Notes: generated by a model from the sequence alone, not told the origin. A stretch of 64,000 bases of DNA from an uncultured Isosphaeraceae bacterium (GCA_963781785.1 CAWAHD010000003.1:632093-696092); one strand, 5' to 3'. Shown: positions 1 through 9,307, counted from the first letter of the stretch. Program-made: numbers and translations.

Positions 1-192
1 ATCCTTGAACGGAACGACCGTGTTGATGCCGTCGTTGCCGCCGTTGAGCTGCACGACGACCAGGATGCGGCCGTCCTTCTCGGGGCCGGCGGCGTGCGCC
101 GTGCGCGCCAGGAAGCCGGGCAACGTGGGCGCCAGCGCGATCAGCGTCGACTCCCGTAGGCCGCGGGCGAAGAAGTCTCGGCGCGTGATCAT
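1..192 (-). CDS. DUF1501 domain protein, N-terminal fragment (gene continues past window start); Tat signal MITRRDFFARGL..., then GPEKDGRILVVVQLNGGNDGINTVVP
   Basis: Manual translation of the minus strand from ATG at 192 with a GGAGG RBS; textbook DUF1501 N-terminus; sits downstream of DUF1800 as is usual in Planctomycetes. Confidence 0.8.
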   Translation of the reverse strand, partial: MITRRDFFARGLRESTLIALAPTLPGFLARTAHAAGPEKDGRILVVVQLNGGNDGINTVVPFKD

Positions 193-221
193 GATCTCAC
201 CTCCTGGGAAGAGAAAATGGG

Positions 222-1575
222 TCAAATCCGCTGCGCCTCGGCGGAAGCCAGCAGTCGTACCAGAGCATGCCGGGCCGTTCCCGGCCGTTCGAGAGGGACC
301 TTGGGGCTATCGGCACCGAGCAAGAGCTGCGCGAAGAAAGACGGGTTTCCTCCCTGGCCGTGGCGGGCGGCCAGCGCGATCGGGTCGAACGACGTTCCCA
401 GGCCGGCCGAATCGACACCCACCAGGGCCGCGGCGAAGTTCGCTCGCCCGAGGGCCGAGCGGGTGGTGATCCAGTTGCGCCCGCCGGTCCACCCGCCGAC
501 ATTGGGCGGATAGAACAGGTCCTGGCCGAGCCGGCCGCACCAGTCGGCCAGGACCGGAGTGCTCGGCGCCGGGTCGAGCATCTCGAGGGCCCGCACCGCA
601 CCCAGGATAAAATCGATCGGGCTGGCGATCCGCCGGCCGAGATTGGCGGCGCCAAAGAACAGGCGCGACCGCAGCACCAAGCTGACGCCCCAGCCGATGT
701 CCAGGTCGTGGGCCCGCAATCCAACGGCCAGCGCGCCAATCGCCCCCTCGTCGACCGCCCCCTCTCCGAAGAACTCATGACAGAGCCGCCAGGCCAGGCG
801 GCCTGACGTGGCGGGATGATCGAGGATGCAGCGCGGCCAGCCCGTCCGCGTCGAACGCACGCTTCGTGCCGAGGATGGTCTTGGTGGCTGCGTCGTGTCG
901 CACTGGAACGAATCGCGCCTGGTCGTGCACGAGCTTCCAGCCGGTCAGGGCGCGGGCGGCCTCCTTGACGTCGTCCTCGGAATAATGGCCGATCCCCAGC
1001 GTGAACAGCTCCAGCAGCTCGCGGGCCAGGTTCTCGTTGGGGTGCCGCTTGCTGTTCTCCGGCGCGTCGAGCCAGATCAGAAGCGCCGGGTCGCGGAGCA
1101 TCGCGTGCAGCAGCCGGCCGAACGGGGCGCAACACAGCGAGCGCAGGGTCTCGTTCTGCCGCCGCATCAGCGCCAGGTCGTTGACCTTCAAGTTGCTGGT
1201 GGCGAAGTGGTCATGCCACATGAGGGTCAGGCGCTCGGTCAGCACGTCCGGCCCGAAGAGCATGCGGTAGACCCACCAGCCCTTCAAGCGGTTGGGCTCG
1301 GGTACCGCGAGGGCTCGCTCGGCCAGGCGGTCGGCGAAGGCGGCGAAGCCATCGGGAACGCCGCAGGATCGGGACTTCCCTTCCAGCACCCGGTTGATCG
1401 ACGCCTCGGAGCCATCCTTGAGGTCGCGCTGGATCTCGTCCCAGGTGGCGGCGAAGCCGGCCCGGCGGTGCAGGTGCACAACGCGCCGCAGGTCCCAGGG
1501 CGCCTGGGAATCCGGTACGTAAGGCGCCCACGGGCCGCCCGGGTCCGTGTCTGACGAACGTGGTCGCATCGGCAA
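222..1575 (-). CDS. DUF1800 domain protein, split into two frames (775..1575 N-terminal part, 222..860 C-terminal part); frameshift between ~777 and 860
   Basis: Conserved DUF1800 motifs (WHDHFATS, NENLARELLELFTLG, PPNVGGW); summed length ~478 aa fits the family; partner of DUF1501. Confidence 0.75.
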
Positions 1576-1590
1576 GCTCCTGAAACCGGC

Positions 1591-2394
1591 CTATTCGGCC
1601 GTCACCTTCACGTCGCCCAGGTCACGAACCTCGCCGGGCTCTGCGGTCAGGTTCTTCAGGACCTCGCCGGTGCGATAGCGAACGAACGGCCGCTTGCTGT
1701 CCCTCACGCTGATGATTGTCTTGACGTCCCTCTTCAGACCATCCACCTGAAAACGGCCGTCGGAACCGGCCATGACGGTTTCGTTGTCCGGCCAGAGACC
1801 ATCCGGGCCCCCGGGCAGATTCGCGTGGTCGGCCTCAAAAGTCGTGGCCTCAAGCTGGGCACTCGCGAGAGGCTGGCCGTCTTCATCGACCAGGCGGCCC
1901 TTGACCGAGCCCGCGCGCTCCATGCGCACGACCAGCGGTGCGTCACTTTTGATGTCGTCGTCTTTGAGGACGACCGAGCCCACCAGGTGAAGATCCTGGT
2001 GTGCGAAGACGACCAGACGAGTCAGACCAGGCATCAGCCCATGGACTTCAAACGCGTCGGCCTCGAGAGTCCGGACATCTCCCCACCGGCTGGCCTGGCC
2101 ATAAACGCGCGCTCCGGTCACCGGCTTGCCGGTTGGACCGATCAACCTTCCTTTACGCGTCTCACCGCGGGTCAACTCCAGCTCCACCGCGAGCGACTCG
2201 GTGCCGGGCGGGATGTTGATGAACTGGTAGGTATGCGAGCCGCTGAGCGCAGTGGTGAAGGTCTCGCCATCACCAAAACCGCCGATGCCTTTGCCCCGGT
2301 CCGCGGTCTTCAGGTGGGCGCGGACGTACGGGTCGTCCTTGGTGCTGACGGCTGCAATTGCGGCGATCATCGCGTGGCCGGGCGGGATCGTCAC
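1591..2394 (-). CDS. C-terminal segment of locus-A giant ECF sigma/extension protein (more CarboxypepD_reg-like repeats); GTG start overlaps the upstream TGA (GTGA), or is joined by a 1-nt indel at 2423-2447
   Basis: Repeat motifs VKGRLVDEDGQPLASAQL and VTGARVYG; this frame opens directly after a TAA in the C4G4 palindrome region. Confidence 0.55.
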   Translation of the reverse strand: MTIPPGHAMIAAIAAVSTKDDPYVRAHLKTADRGKGIGGFGDGETFTTALSGSHTYQFINIPPGTESLAVELELTRGETRKGRLIGPTGKPVTGARVYGQASRWGDVRTLEADAFEVHGLMPGLTRLVVFAHQDLHLVGSVVLKDDDIKSDAPLVVRMERAGSVKGRLVDEDGQPLASAQLEATTFEADHANLPGGPDGLWPDNETVMAGSDGRFQVDGLKRDVKTIISVRDSKRPFVRYRTGEVLKNLTAEPGEVRDLGDVKVTAE

Positions 2395-4010
2395 ACCGAA
2401 CCTCGCGCCGGCCAGCCTGGAGAACCCCGGGGCGCTTCCCCGGGGTTCACGTTATCAGGCGTCTTGAAATAGCTGATATATGCTGGTGGGACTGCACGTC
2501 CCGTCGCCGAGTCAACCAGCCGCCCGGTCACGATTACCCCCGGGCACAGCTCGATTGTCTGCTCGATCGGCTTGAGCCCTTCGGTGTCATCGACAATGAC
2601 GGTGTGGCGGAGGAACCGGTCGATTCCCGTCCTCGGGTTAAAGCTCAGTTGGTAGAACTCCCCCTTGGGCACACCATTGAGGCGGAAGCGGCCGGCGTCA
2701 TCGGTCCGGACGGTGACGATGGTATGGGTCGCCGCGTCGGCGACCCGCACGAGGGCGCCTGCGACCGGTTTGCCGGACCCCTTCAAACGGACAACGCCCA
2801 TGAATGGCTTGGACGGGCTGGCGATGTAGTCGAAGGTCGCGCCGACGAGCTGCACCCGCTGGGGGTAGACGCCGATGAACGCGCCATCCCGGCCGAACAT
2901 CAGCGACTCGGACTGCGTAGCCGGCCGCGCCTTGGGCGGGGTCTTCGGGGCGCGGGCGATCACGTCGAGCGTGCCGTCTGCCACGCCGCCGCCGTGGAAG
3001 TTCAATCGGGCGACGCGGTCGCGGCCGATGCCTTGGATTTCGAAGCCACCGTCGGCGCCGGTGATCCACGCGTCCGGGCCGCCTGTCCAGACTGGTGCGA
3101 TCTCCGCCTCCCGGGGTGGGCCCAGGAGGTCGAGCCCATACCAGCTTGTGATCCGACGTTCCGCCATCTGTCCCGAGGCCAGCATCGCGTCCAGGTCGAC
3201 CCCGTCTTTGAGGGTGCCGATCACTCGGAGCCGGACGACGACCCCCGCAACGGGCCGGCCTTGCGAATCCAGGACACGCCCGCGGACCGGCACGTCGTCG
3301 CGGACCAGGTGCAAGATCGCCTCGCCTCCCTTCGCGAGGTCGCCAGCCTCCACCCAGGCCGGTGCGAATCCGCGAGCGGCGGCCACGATCTGGGACTTGT
3401 GCCAGCCGGGCCCGCCATCGGACAGGACGCCGCCCGAAGTCTTGTCTAACTCGAACTGGAACCGCCCGTCGGCATCAGTTACCGCCGAAGGCGCCTTTTG
3501 CGGCCCGGCCGTCGGGTCCATCGGGGGCTCAACCGGTTCGGCGTAGGGGCGCACGTGGACTTGAGCGCCGGCGACCGGCTTGCCATCGGGGTCGAGCACC
3601 CGGCCGCGCACGGGGAACATGCCTTCCGTGTCGGCTGAGGCCGGTTTCGGCTGCGGCAGAGCGGTATTGGCCGCGGGGCGGCCGGCCGGTGCCGCGGGCG
3701 CGGGCGTCCCCTTCGGCGCCGTCTGTCCGAGCGAAACGAGGGCGGCCGACGCCCCCCAGCCGATGAGGCCGGCGGCCAGCAGCGTGGCTGATGCCAATTT
3801 GATCTTTTGGAGCAACATGACCTTGAACACCTCCTGAGCCAACTGCTGAGCCGCCGCCGAGACCCCAAGGGCGGTGATTGTGGAATTCAGTGTCGCGACC
3901 GCGGCACGAACGGTCGCTTCGCTCCAGGCCGGCGGCACGGCGGCGCGCGCTTCGCGCAGGAATACTGCGCCGAGAGCTGCGCTGTCGGGTGCCAGCCCGC
4001 ACCGGGCCAA
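2391..4010 (-). CDS. Extracytoplasmic extension of locus-A ECF sigma: TM/signal-like helix (MLLQKIKLASATLLAAGLIGWGASAALVSLG) followed by at least 4 CarboxypepD_reg-like Ig-fold repeats; probably the same polypeptide as the sigma domain upstream
   Basis: Repeats of type VRGRVLDPDGKPVAGAQVHV; the N-terminal frame (AIERRLARCGLAPDSAALGAVFL) continues the sigma region-4 helix consensus. Confidence 0.7.
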   Translation of the reverse strand: MARCGLAPDSAALGAVFLREARAAVPPAWSEATVRAAVATLNSTITALGVSAAAQQLAQEVFKVMLLQKIKLASATLLAAGLIGWGASAALVSLGQTAPKGTPAPAAPAGRPAANTALPQPKPASADTEGMFPVRGRVLDPDGKPVAGAQVHVRPYAEPVEPPMDPTAGPQKAPSAVTDADGRFQFELDKTSGGVLSDGGPGWHKSQIVAAARGFAPAWVEAGDLAKGGEAILHLVRDDVPVRGRVLDSQGRPVAGVVVRLRVIGTLKDGVDLDAMLASGQMAERRITSWYGLDLLGPPREAEIAPVWTGGPDAWITGADGGFEIQGIGRDRVARLNFHGGGVADGTLDVIARAPKTPPKARPATQSESLMFGRDGAFIGVYPQRVQLVGATFDYIASPSKPFMGVVRLKGSGKPVAGALVRVADAATHTIVTVRTDDAGRFRLNGVPKGEFYQLSFNPRTGIDRFLRHTVIVDDTEGLKPIEQTIELCPGVIVTGRLVDSATGRAVPPAYISYFKTPDNVNPGEAPRGSPGWPARGSV

Positions 4011-4597
4011 TCGGCGCTCGATCGCGCTCGCCCCTCGCCCAGCCGCTGGTGGATCGTCCGTTCGCTCCAGTGCAATTGCCGGGCGGCCTCCGCCTGGGTC
4101 ATGCCTTCCAGGTCGCAGTGGACGACCGCGAGACGGTACTTCTCGGGCAGCCGCGCGATCTCCTCATGAAGCGCGGGCAGCAAATCATCCGAGGCTGGCG
4201 GCCCGTTTGCACCCGTCGCGACAGCCATCTCTCCCACCTGCCTTTCGAGCGTGCGCCGCCGGGCGAGGGCGTTATTGGCCTGGATCGCGACGCGATGCGC
4301 GACCTGGTGCAGCCAACCCGCCAAGGTGTCTCGTCCCCGGATTGTGCCGCCCTTCTTGACCAGGACCAGAAAGGTTGCCTGGAAGGCGTCCTCGGCATCG
4401 TGCGGGTCGCGCAGGATCCCCCGGCAGACGCTCAGGACCATGGGTCCGTGCCGCCCCACCAGCGCTTCGAAGGCGCCGCCGTCACCCCGGCTGAGGAAAC
4501 GCTCCAGGAGCTGGGCGTCGGAGAGCCCAGCGGCCACGCCCTCGGCGAACAAGCGGTCGATCTGTCGCAGGGCAGCGCCCAGTGTCTCGCCGGCCAT
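3887..4597 (-). CDS. ECF-type RNA polymerase sigma factor module (sigma-70 regions 2 and 4) of locus A; ORF tail after ~aa 190 is out of frame and the true protein likely continues in the 2391..4010 frame
   Basis: RHGPMVLSVCRGILRDPHDAEDAFQATFLVL (region 2) and LEGMTQAEAARQLHWSERTIHQRL (region 4.2); paralog of 11184..11789. Confidence 0.85.
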   Translation of the reverse strand: MAGETLGAALRQIDRLFAEGVAAGLSDAQLLERFLSRGDGGAFEALVGRHGPMVLSVCRGILRDPHDAEDAFQATFLVLVKKGGTIRGRDTLAGWLHQVAHRVAIQANNALARRRTLERQVGEMAVATGANGPPASDDLLPALHEEIARLPEKYRLAVVHCDLEGMTQAEAARQLHWSERTIHQRLGEGRARSSADWPGAGWHPTAQLSAQYSCAKRAPPCRRPGAKRPFVPRSRH

Positions 4598-4753
4598 GTT
4601 TCGGAGTCCCCTCGTCCTCGTGCTCTATTCGTTAATGAGAGCCCGGCGCGGGCCGTCCCGCAAATTTTCTTGAGGATTTTCGCCGGTTCCGGTCGGCTGA
4701 TTCCTCGCCGCGATCGTCGGTAGGCCGAGCCGGATTGCTGCCGATCTTGGCGA

Positions 4754-5146
4754 GTGTTACGATGGCTTTTGGCTTCGGTTCAACGCCCGACGATTCCATA
4801 TCTTATGGCACACAAGACAGTCACGGCAAAACCGGAGCCGGTAGGTACAGCGATGGTTGAGCAAATCGCTGGCCTCGATGCCAAGAGCATTTCGCCCCAG
4901 ACGGCGCGCCATTTCCTGGATCTCTTGTTCTCCCGGTCACACCAGCAGCAGGTCGATGCACTGTCGCAGAAGGCGCAGGCGGGATCACTCACGCCCGCGG
5001 AGCGCGCCAAACTGGACGAGTTCATTCGCGTGGCTGACCTGCTCGCGATCCTGCAATCACGCGCACGCCAAGCCCTGAAGCGCGGGGGCCTCCTCTTGAT
5101 CATCGATGGTGGCGATGGTGCAGAATTGGGGAGATCGGCGAGATGA
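4754..5146 (+). CDS. hypothetical protein (likely start MAHKTV or MVEQIAGL)
   Basis: ORF only; no recognisable domain. Confidence 0.3.
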   Translation: MLRWLLASVQRPTIPYLMAHKTVTAKPEPVGTAMVEQIAGLDAKSISPQTARHFLDLLFSRSHQQQVDALSQKAQAGSLTPAERAKLDEFIRVADLLAILQSRARQALKRGGLLLIIDGGDGAELGRSAR

Positions 5147-5203
5147 ACAGGCTCACTCGGGTCGGCGCGAGGCGGAAAACCAGTAATCCTCTGGCCGGGA
5201 GTC

Positions 5204-5407
5204 TTGTTATCGGCAGGGGGCGTCGTAGCCACCGTGCTGATCGGCTACTCGCTCATGGTGGCGGGCGGCGGGGGTTCGTTCGCCGTCCTTCTCGCATTGA
5301 TGAGCGCGATCATTTGCCTGGGACTGATTGCGTTCGATGTCCGAATCAAGCTTTCGCTGCCAGCGGATTCCCTGCCGCGGATGGACGAACGCGGGGAGAA
5401 TCGGTGA
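5204..5407 (+). CDS. small hypothetical membrane protein (two hydrophobic helices)
   Basis: Hydrophobic profile LSAGGVVATVLIGYSLMVAGGG...AVLLALMSAIICLGLIAF. Confidence 0.2.
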   Translation: MLSAGGVVATVLIGYSLMVAGGGGSFAVLLALMSAIICLGLIAFDVRIKLSLPADSLPRMDERGENR

Positions 5408-5733
5408 GCTGCCGGATTTCTTGACGTCTCTCCGTTGGCAATGGTCGGCCGAACGCGGGGTGAGCGGGCAGGCAGCCGGCACGGCGTTGATCTCGGTGCT
5501 GCCCAGCTTGGGCGCACGAGGTGTTAGCGAAAGCCCTGAAGACGAGAGCACTCGATGCCATCCGCGAGTTGATCGGCCACAACATCTGCCCGGGCCGGAT
5601 CGGTGCAGGGCCGATCGAATTCCGGAGCAAAGGATGCACACAGCCAGAAAATGACTTCGACGAAGTCCGGTCCGGCTCTCGTCGAAGCGACCCGGAAGCC
5701 GCGTGACTGCGCCTGGGAATCAGGGGCAGAGCT

Positions 5734-6261
5734 TCAAGAGACCAAGAGCAATTCACCTTTCAGTCCGTCGTAGACGAACTGGCAGTGCGCGAGCATGTCC
5801 CGACCGATCAGCGCCAGAACGCCTGGGTCGGCGGGAACGACAGCCGCGGATTCAATTCCGACCCAGGAACCAGTCACTGGCGAGACTATGGCCCCGCCGA
5901 ACGCCACTCGTGGCATCAGATGACCGCGCTCGGGATGTGATGCACCGGCTAGGAGGGCGAGACTTGCTTCACGAAAAGAGGCCCGATTCCGAACCGCGAG
6001 TAACCTGCGTCGAGAGCCTCGTCTCGAGACTCGTAGAAGCCGTCGACCTGGTCGCCCTTGATCAGTCCGAAACTCGCGAGACGATGTGAGGGACTCCAGA
6101 ACAGTGGTGATGATCGGGACCACCGGTTTCAGAACGGATTTATCCTGGCTGGGACGCGAATGCGACTGAGAAAACCCATCCATGGTCATGTCGTCGATCA
6201 TTCGCTGCCGCAAGCGAGTCATGGTAAGCTCGTGCGCTGAGGTCGAGGGGTGGGAAACCAC
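5734..6261 (-). CDS. hypothetical protein; C-terminal half weakly resembles a retropepsin-like (clan AA) fold with a degenerate DTGAS motif (LLAGAS); possible gene remnant
   Basis: ORF plus weak motif similarity only. Confidence 0.2.
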   Translation of the reverse strand: MVSHPSTSAHELTMTRLRQRMIDDMTMDGFSQSHSRPSQDKSVLKPVVPIITTVLESLTSSREFRTDQGRPGRRLLRVSRRGSRRRLLAVRNRASFREASLALLAGASHPERGHLMPRVAFGGAIVSPVTGSWVGIESAAVVPADPGVLALIGRDMLAHCQFVYDGLKGELLLVS

Positions 6262-6328
6262 CCTAATGGCGGCTCAGGCAGCGGGCGACGTCGGCCCAAT
6301 TCAGGAAACCTGATCGAGGATAACTCCC

Positions 6329-6583
6329 GTGGCCGTACCCGATTTTCAATCCGTGATGTTGCCCTTCCTGGAGACTTTGCAGGATGGCAAGGAACGTACG
6401 ATGCGGGAACTGACGGAACAATTGGCGCTGGGGTTCAAGCTAACCGAGGAAGAGCGCCAGGAACATTTACCAAGCGGCCCGCAATCGTTGTTCTACAATT
6501 GCAGAGCTGATGATCGAGCACAACCTTGGCGTCACCAGGACCAAGACCTACGAACTGAAGGAAGTCTCCAACGACTTTTTTGA
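6329..6583 (+). CDS. Mrr_N-like winged-helix domain protein (N-terminal domain of Mrr type IV restriction enzymes), truncated or frameshifted remnant
   Basis: MAVPDFQSVMLPFLETLQDGKERTMRELTEQLALGFKLTEEERQEHLPSGPQ matches the Mrr_N consensus; reading frame breaks after LPSGPQSLFYN. Confidence 0.4.
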   Translation: MAVPDFQSVMLPFLETLQDGKERTMRELTEQLALGFKLTEEERQEHLPSGPQSLFYNCRADDRAQPWRHQDQDLRTEGSLQRLF

Positions 6584-6690
6584 CGAAAGTGAACTCTGAT
6601 TTCAAAATGGAAGGCTTATCCAAAGCACGCGACTTCCTTCGACCGCCGGTCAGGATCTGCCACGGCCGAATACCTGGTCATGGGGCGTTT

Positions 6691-6984
6691 ATGAAGAGGA
6701 CAAAAATGAGCCTGGAAACGAGGTCGACGGACGCGAAGGGCCGTGTCAGCCTGCCCAAAGCGTTCGCCAATGCAACGGTCGTCATCGAGCAGTTGAACGA
6801 GAACGAGCTGCGCATTCGCAAAGCATGTGTGATCCCGGTGGACGAAATCCGTTTCTCGGAAGCAGCGCCGATCGTACTGTCGGATCGGGAGCGTGAGCGG
6901 TTCTTGCAAGCGCTCGATCATCCGCCCAAGCCGAACGCCGCACTCTCTCGCCTGATAGCAGGGAAGGCCAAGAAACGTGGATGA
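6691..6984 (+). CDS. type II antitoxin-like protein: AbrB/MazE-like swapped-hairpin N-terminus plus DUF1778-like C-terminus (LSDRERERFLQALDHPPKPNAAL)
   Basis: KGRVSLPKAF...ELRIRKA (AbrB-like) and the PPxPN motif of DUF1778 antitoxins; no intact toxin ORF downstream. Confidence 0.45.
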   Translation: MKRTKMSLETRSTDAKGRVSLPKAFANATVVIEQLNENELRIRKACVIPVDEIRFSEAAPIVLSDRERERFLQALDHPPKPNAALSRLIAGKAKKRG

Positions 6985-7434
6985 GTGGCGGATCGAGCAA
7001 CTCGACCACGGGCATATGCGGCACAGCTACGGCTGCGGCAAGCCCTCGGGCAACTCGGATTCTTGCCTTTGACGGACGACGAGATGCGGCTGTTCCTTCC
7101 CATGAGCACCATCCGATCGGCCGCGCAGCCATAGCAAGTAAGGAACGAGGAGATGAAGGCTTCGACGGGCAAAACAATACGACGTTCTGGCCCGGAGAAG
7201 GCTGTTGGCCGTTCCCGAAACGAGCCTTCGGCCGGGACGGTCAGGCGTTGATCTCGGTACGAAACGGCGGGTATCTTCCGAGAATACGCTGCGAACTCCG
7301 CAGCGGCGCCTCCTTGCCAAGCGGCGCCACAGCGGTGACCGTGCGTCCGGCGTGCGGCACATCGCTCGCGAATTGGCCGATGCCTTGCGCCGGTTCCACG
7401 GTCGTTATCGAGCCGTTGAGCGAGGGCAGTCCCA

Positions 7435-7925
7435 TGCGAACCAACACATCCTTCCAGCGGCTTGAGCCGCACTCTTCGCCGATGCTCGCGCTCATTTTCT
7501 TTCTGGTCTTCCCTCCGCTCTGTCGTGCTCACGATGGAATTGCCAAACGCGCGGCTCAGCCACAAGCAAAACCCGCGCTGAAGGTCGGGATTCAGGTCGT
7601 TCTGAAGACGTCCGACACTCCGCTCGACGACAACGGCAAGGCCATCTCGATCAAGGACAATCTCAGGACCTGGATCGAGAAGATCGATGGCGAGCGGGTC
7701 TTGCTGGTTGTAAGCGACGTCATGAAGGCGGGCTGGGTCCGGAGCGAGCAGGTTCTCCCCCGCGACGAGTCCCTCGCTCGGATGCTGGCAACCTGTGTTG
7801 ACGCGTCGATCCGCGCCGGCAAACGGTCCGTCGCGGAGGCGACCGCAGAACCTCAATCGGCTGGCTCGAGCGCGCCAACGAATAGCCATCCCAATACACT
7901 TGGACGCGCGATCGAATTCTGTTGA
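7435..7925 (+). CDS. hypothetical secreted protein (signal peptide MLALIFFLVFPPLCRA)
   Basis: Inner ATG of ORF 6981..7925; signal-peptide-like N-terminus. Confidence 0.3.
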
Positions 7926-7986
7926 CGATCATCATTTCACTTCCTACCAGGGGTAGAGAAGCAGTGCTCCGTGGGCCTGAGGCCGG

Positions 7987-8241
7987 TCATTCCCCGACGA
8001 ATTGCCTCCGAACCTGCTCATGAGTTTGGAACTGACCGGCATCGATTCGACCGCGGATCTCACGACAATGGGCGCGGAACTTGGGACTCCTCTCAACGAG
8101 GAAATCGATGAGGTCGTCATCGAGGGGGATCACGGCGTAACGCCCCTGACCCTGGGATTCCACTACGATGCCATCGGTGCCTGCGGCCTTGAGGATCTCG
8201 CCGATCGGTGTATTCGGGTCGTCGACAGGCTGTACACTCAT
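7987..8241 (-). CDS. Phd/YefM family antitoxin
   Basis: LVERSPKFRAHCREIRGRIDAGQ aligns to the YefM C-terminus [22 protein letters not shown]; N-terminal half aligns to the YefM core; ATGA overlap with the upstream toxin stop. Confidence 0.65.
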   Translation of the reverse strand: MSVQPVDDPNTPIGEILKAAGTDGIVVESQGQGRYAVIPLDDDLIDFLVERSPKFRAHCREIRGRIDAGQFQTHEQVRRQFVGE

Positions 8242-8522
8242 GGCGATCCTCCGAGGTAATCAATGGAATCCTGCTTGGTGAGGATCTCGACGATGACGAC
8301 GGCTTCTTCTTGGATATCGTAGAACACGCAGAATTCGCCGACACGAAGGCGGTACTGGGTTGGCGAGGGCTCACGGAGCCGCTTGATTCGCGACTTGCTT
8401 GTCAATGTCGGGTTCACACTCAGTATCTGCTCAATTTGATCGAGGATGGTGCTTCGGTCGAAGCCTTTCAACTTCTTGAGTCGCTCGACAGCCTCATTTG
8501 AGTATCGTATCGCGAAGCCCAT
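8238..8522 (-). CDS. RelE/ParE family toxin
   Basis: YRLRVGEFCVFYDIQEEAVVIVEILTKQD is the RelE/ParE C-terminal signature; 94 aa. Confidence 0.75.
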   Translation of the reverse strand: MGFAIRYSNEAVERLKKLKGFDRSTILDQIEQILSVNPTLTSKSRIKRLREPSPTQYRLRVGEFCVFYDIQEEAVVIVEILTKQDSIDYLGGSP

Positions 8523-9186
8523 TCCGCAACTCCCGGCCCACTCTCATTCTAACAGCCTCGTCGAGTCCGACATGCAATTATTTCCGTCCTCGGGCCTGCG
8601 CCTTGGTTGGTGCCCGGCGCCATCGCGATACTCCCCATCCGTCACCCGCCGCGCACCCCCGCTACCCGAGTCGGTCTTGAAATGAGGCGTTCACACCGCT
8701 TCGGATCTGTAAGATCTCCCCGGGGCTTTCTTCCCGACTCGCTGCCTGCTCGTTGCGTAACAAAAACGCTCGGTCGCGAAGCTCGCCCCAGGATGCCTCG
8801 CCCCGGGGCGCCGGGGACCGTGGCAGTCAGAAGTGCGCGGCTTAGCGGGAACCCAGTCGTCGACGAACGGCCGTACGCGGCCACCGGGAGCCAGTCCGCT
8901 GGGATGGGTAACAGATGTCCATCACTATGGATGCGACCGGGGCCGTCTTAGCGTCGCCTAACTTTCTTCTGGGAAATGAGGCATCTCCCATGTTGAGAGC
9001 CCCTTGCGCCCCTACTGATCGAAACCTACCGTACGGTAGCATGGGGAGTTCCGCGCACCACGTTGCATAATTGAAGTATCAAACAATTCGTGCGACGGCC
9101 AGGTCGAGGCCGTCTCTTTCTGTTGCGCACATCCGGTCGGTCCAACCGACCTGTCAATGCACCCCGATCCAGGCGACTGTGTGCTC

Positions 9187-9307
9187 GTAGGACAGGCTTT
9201 CCAGCCTGACGGCCGAGCGTAGGTCAGGCTTTCCAGCCTGACGGCCCAACGCAGGTCAGGCTTTCCAGCCTGACGGCCCAACGTCGGTCAGGCTTTCCAG
9301 CCTGACG
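9187..9307. repeat. Tandem array (4 units, 32-bp period) of a palindromic repeat with core GTAGGTCAGGCTTTCCAGCCTGAC (8-bp stem GTCAGGCT/AGCCTGAC, loop TTCC)
   Basis: Read directly from sequence; same family as 60902..61190. Confidence 0.85.

Noticed and set aside
5-1135. ORFs 5..469(+), 197..1135(-), 217..513(+), 267..806(+) and 826..1554(+)
   Set aside because: Arg/Pro/Ala-rich translations typical of wrong-frame GC-rich DNA. They overlap the DUF1501/DUF1800 genes, which have strong family signatures.
4030-4060. Programmed -1 ribosomal frameshifting joining sigma and extension at both loci
   Set aside because: It is attractive because both loci share the same direction and position. However, there is no classical slippery heptamer, and the site at A is a G4 run. 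The assembly shows about 18 comparable homopolymer indels, including in rpsM and rpsD. Assembly error is much more likely, so this is kept only as an alternative.
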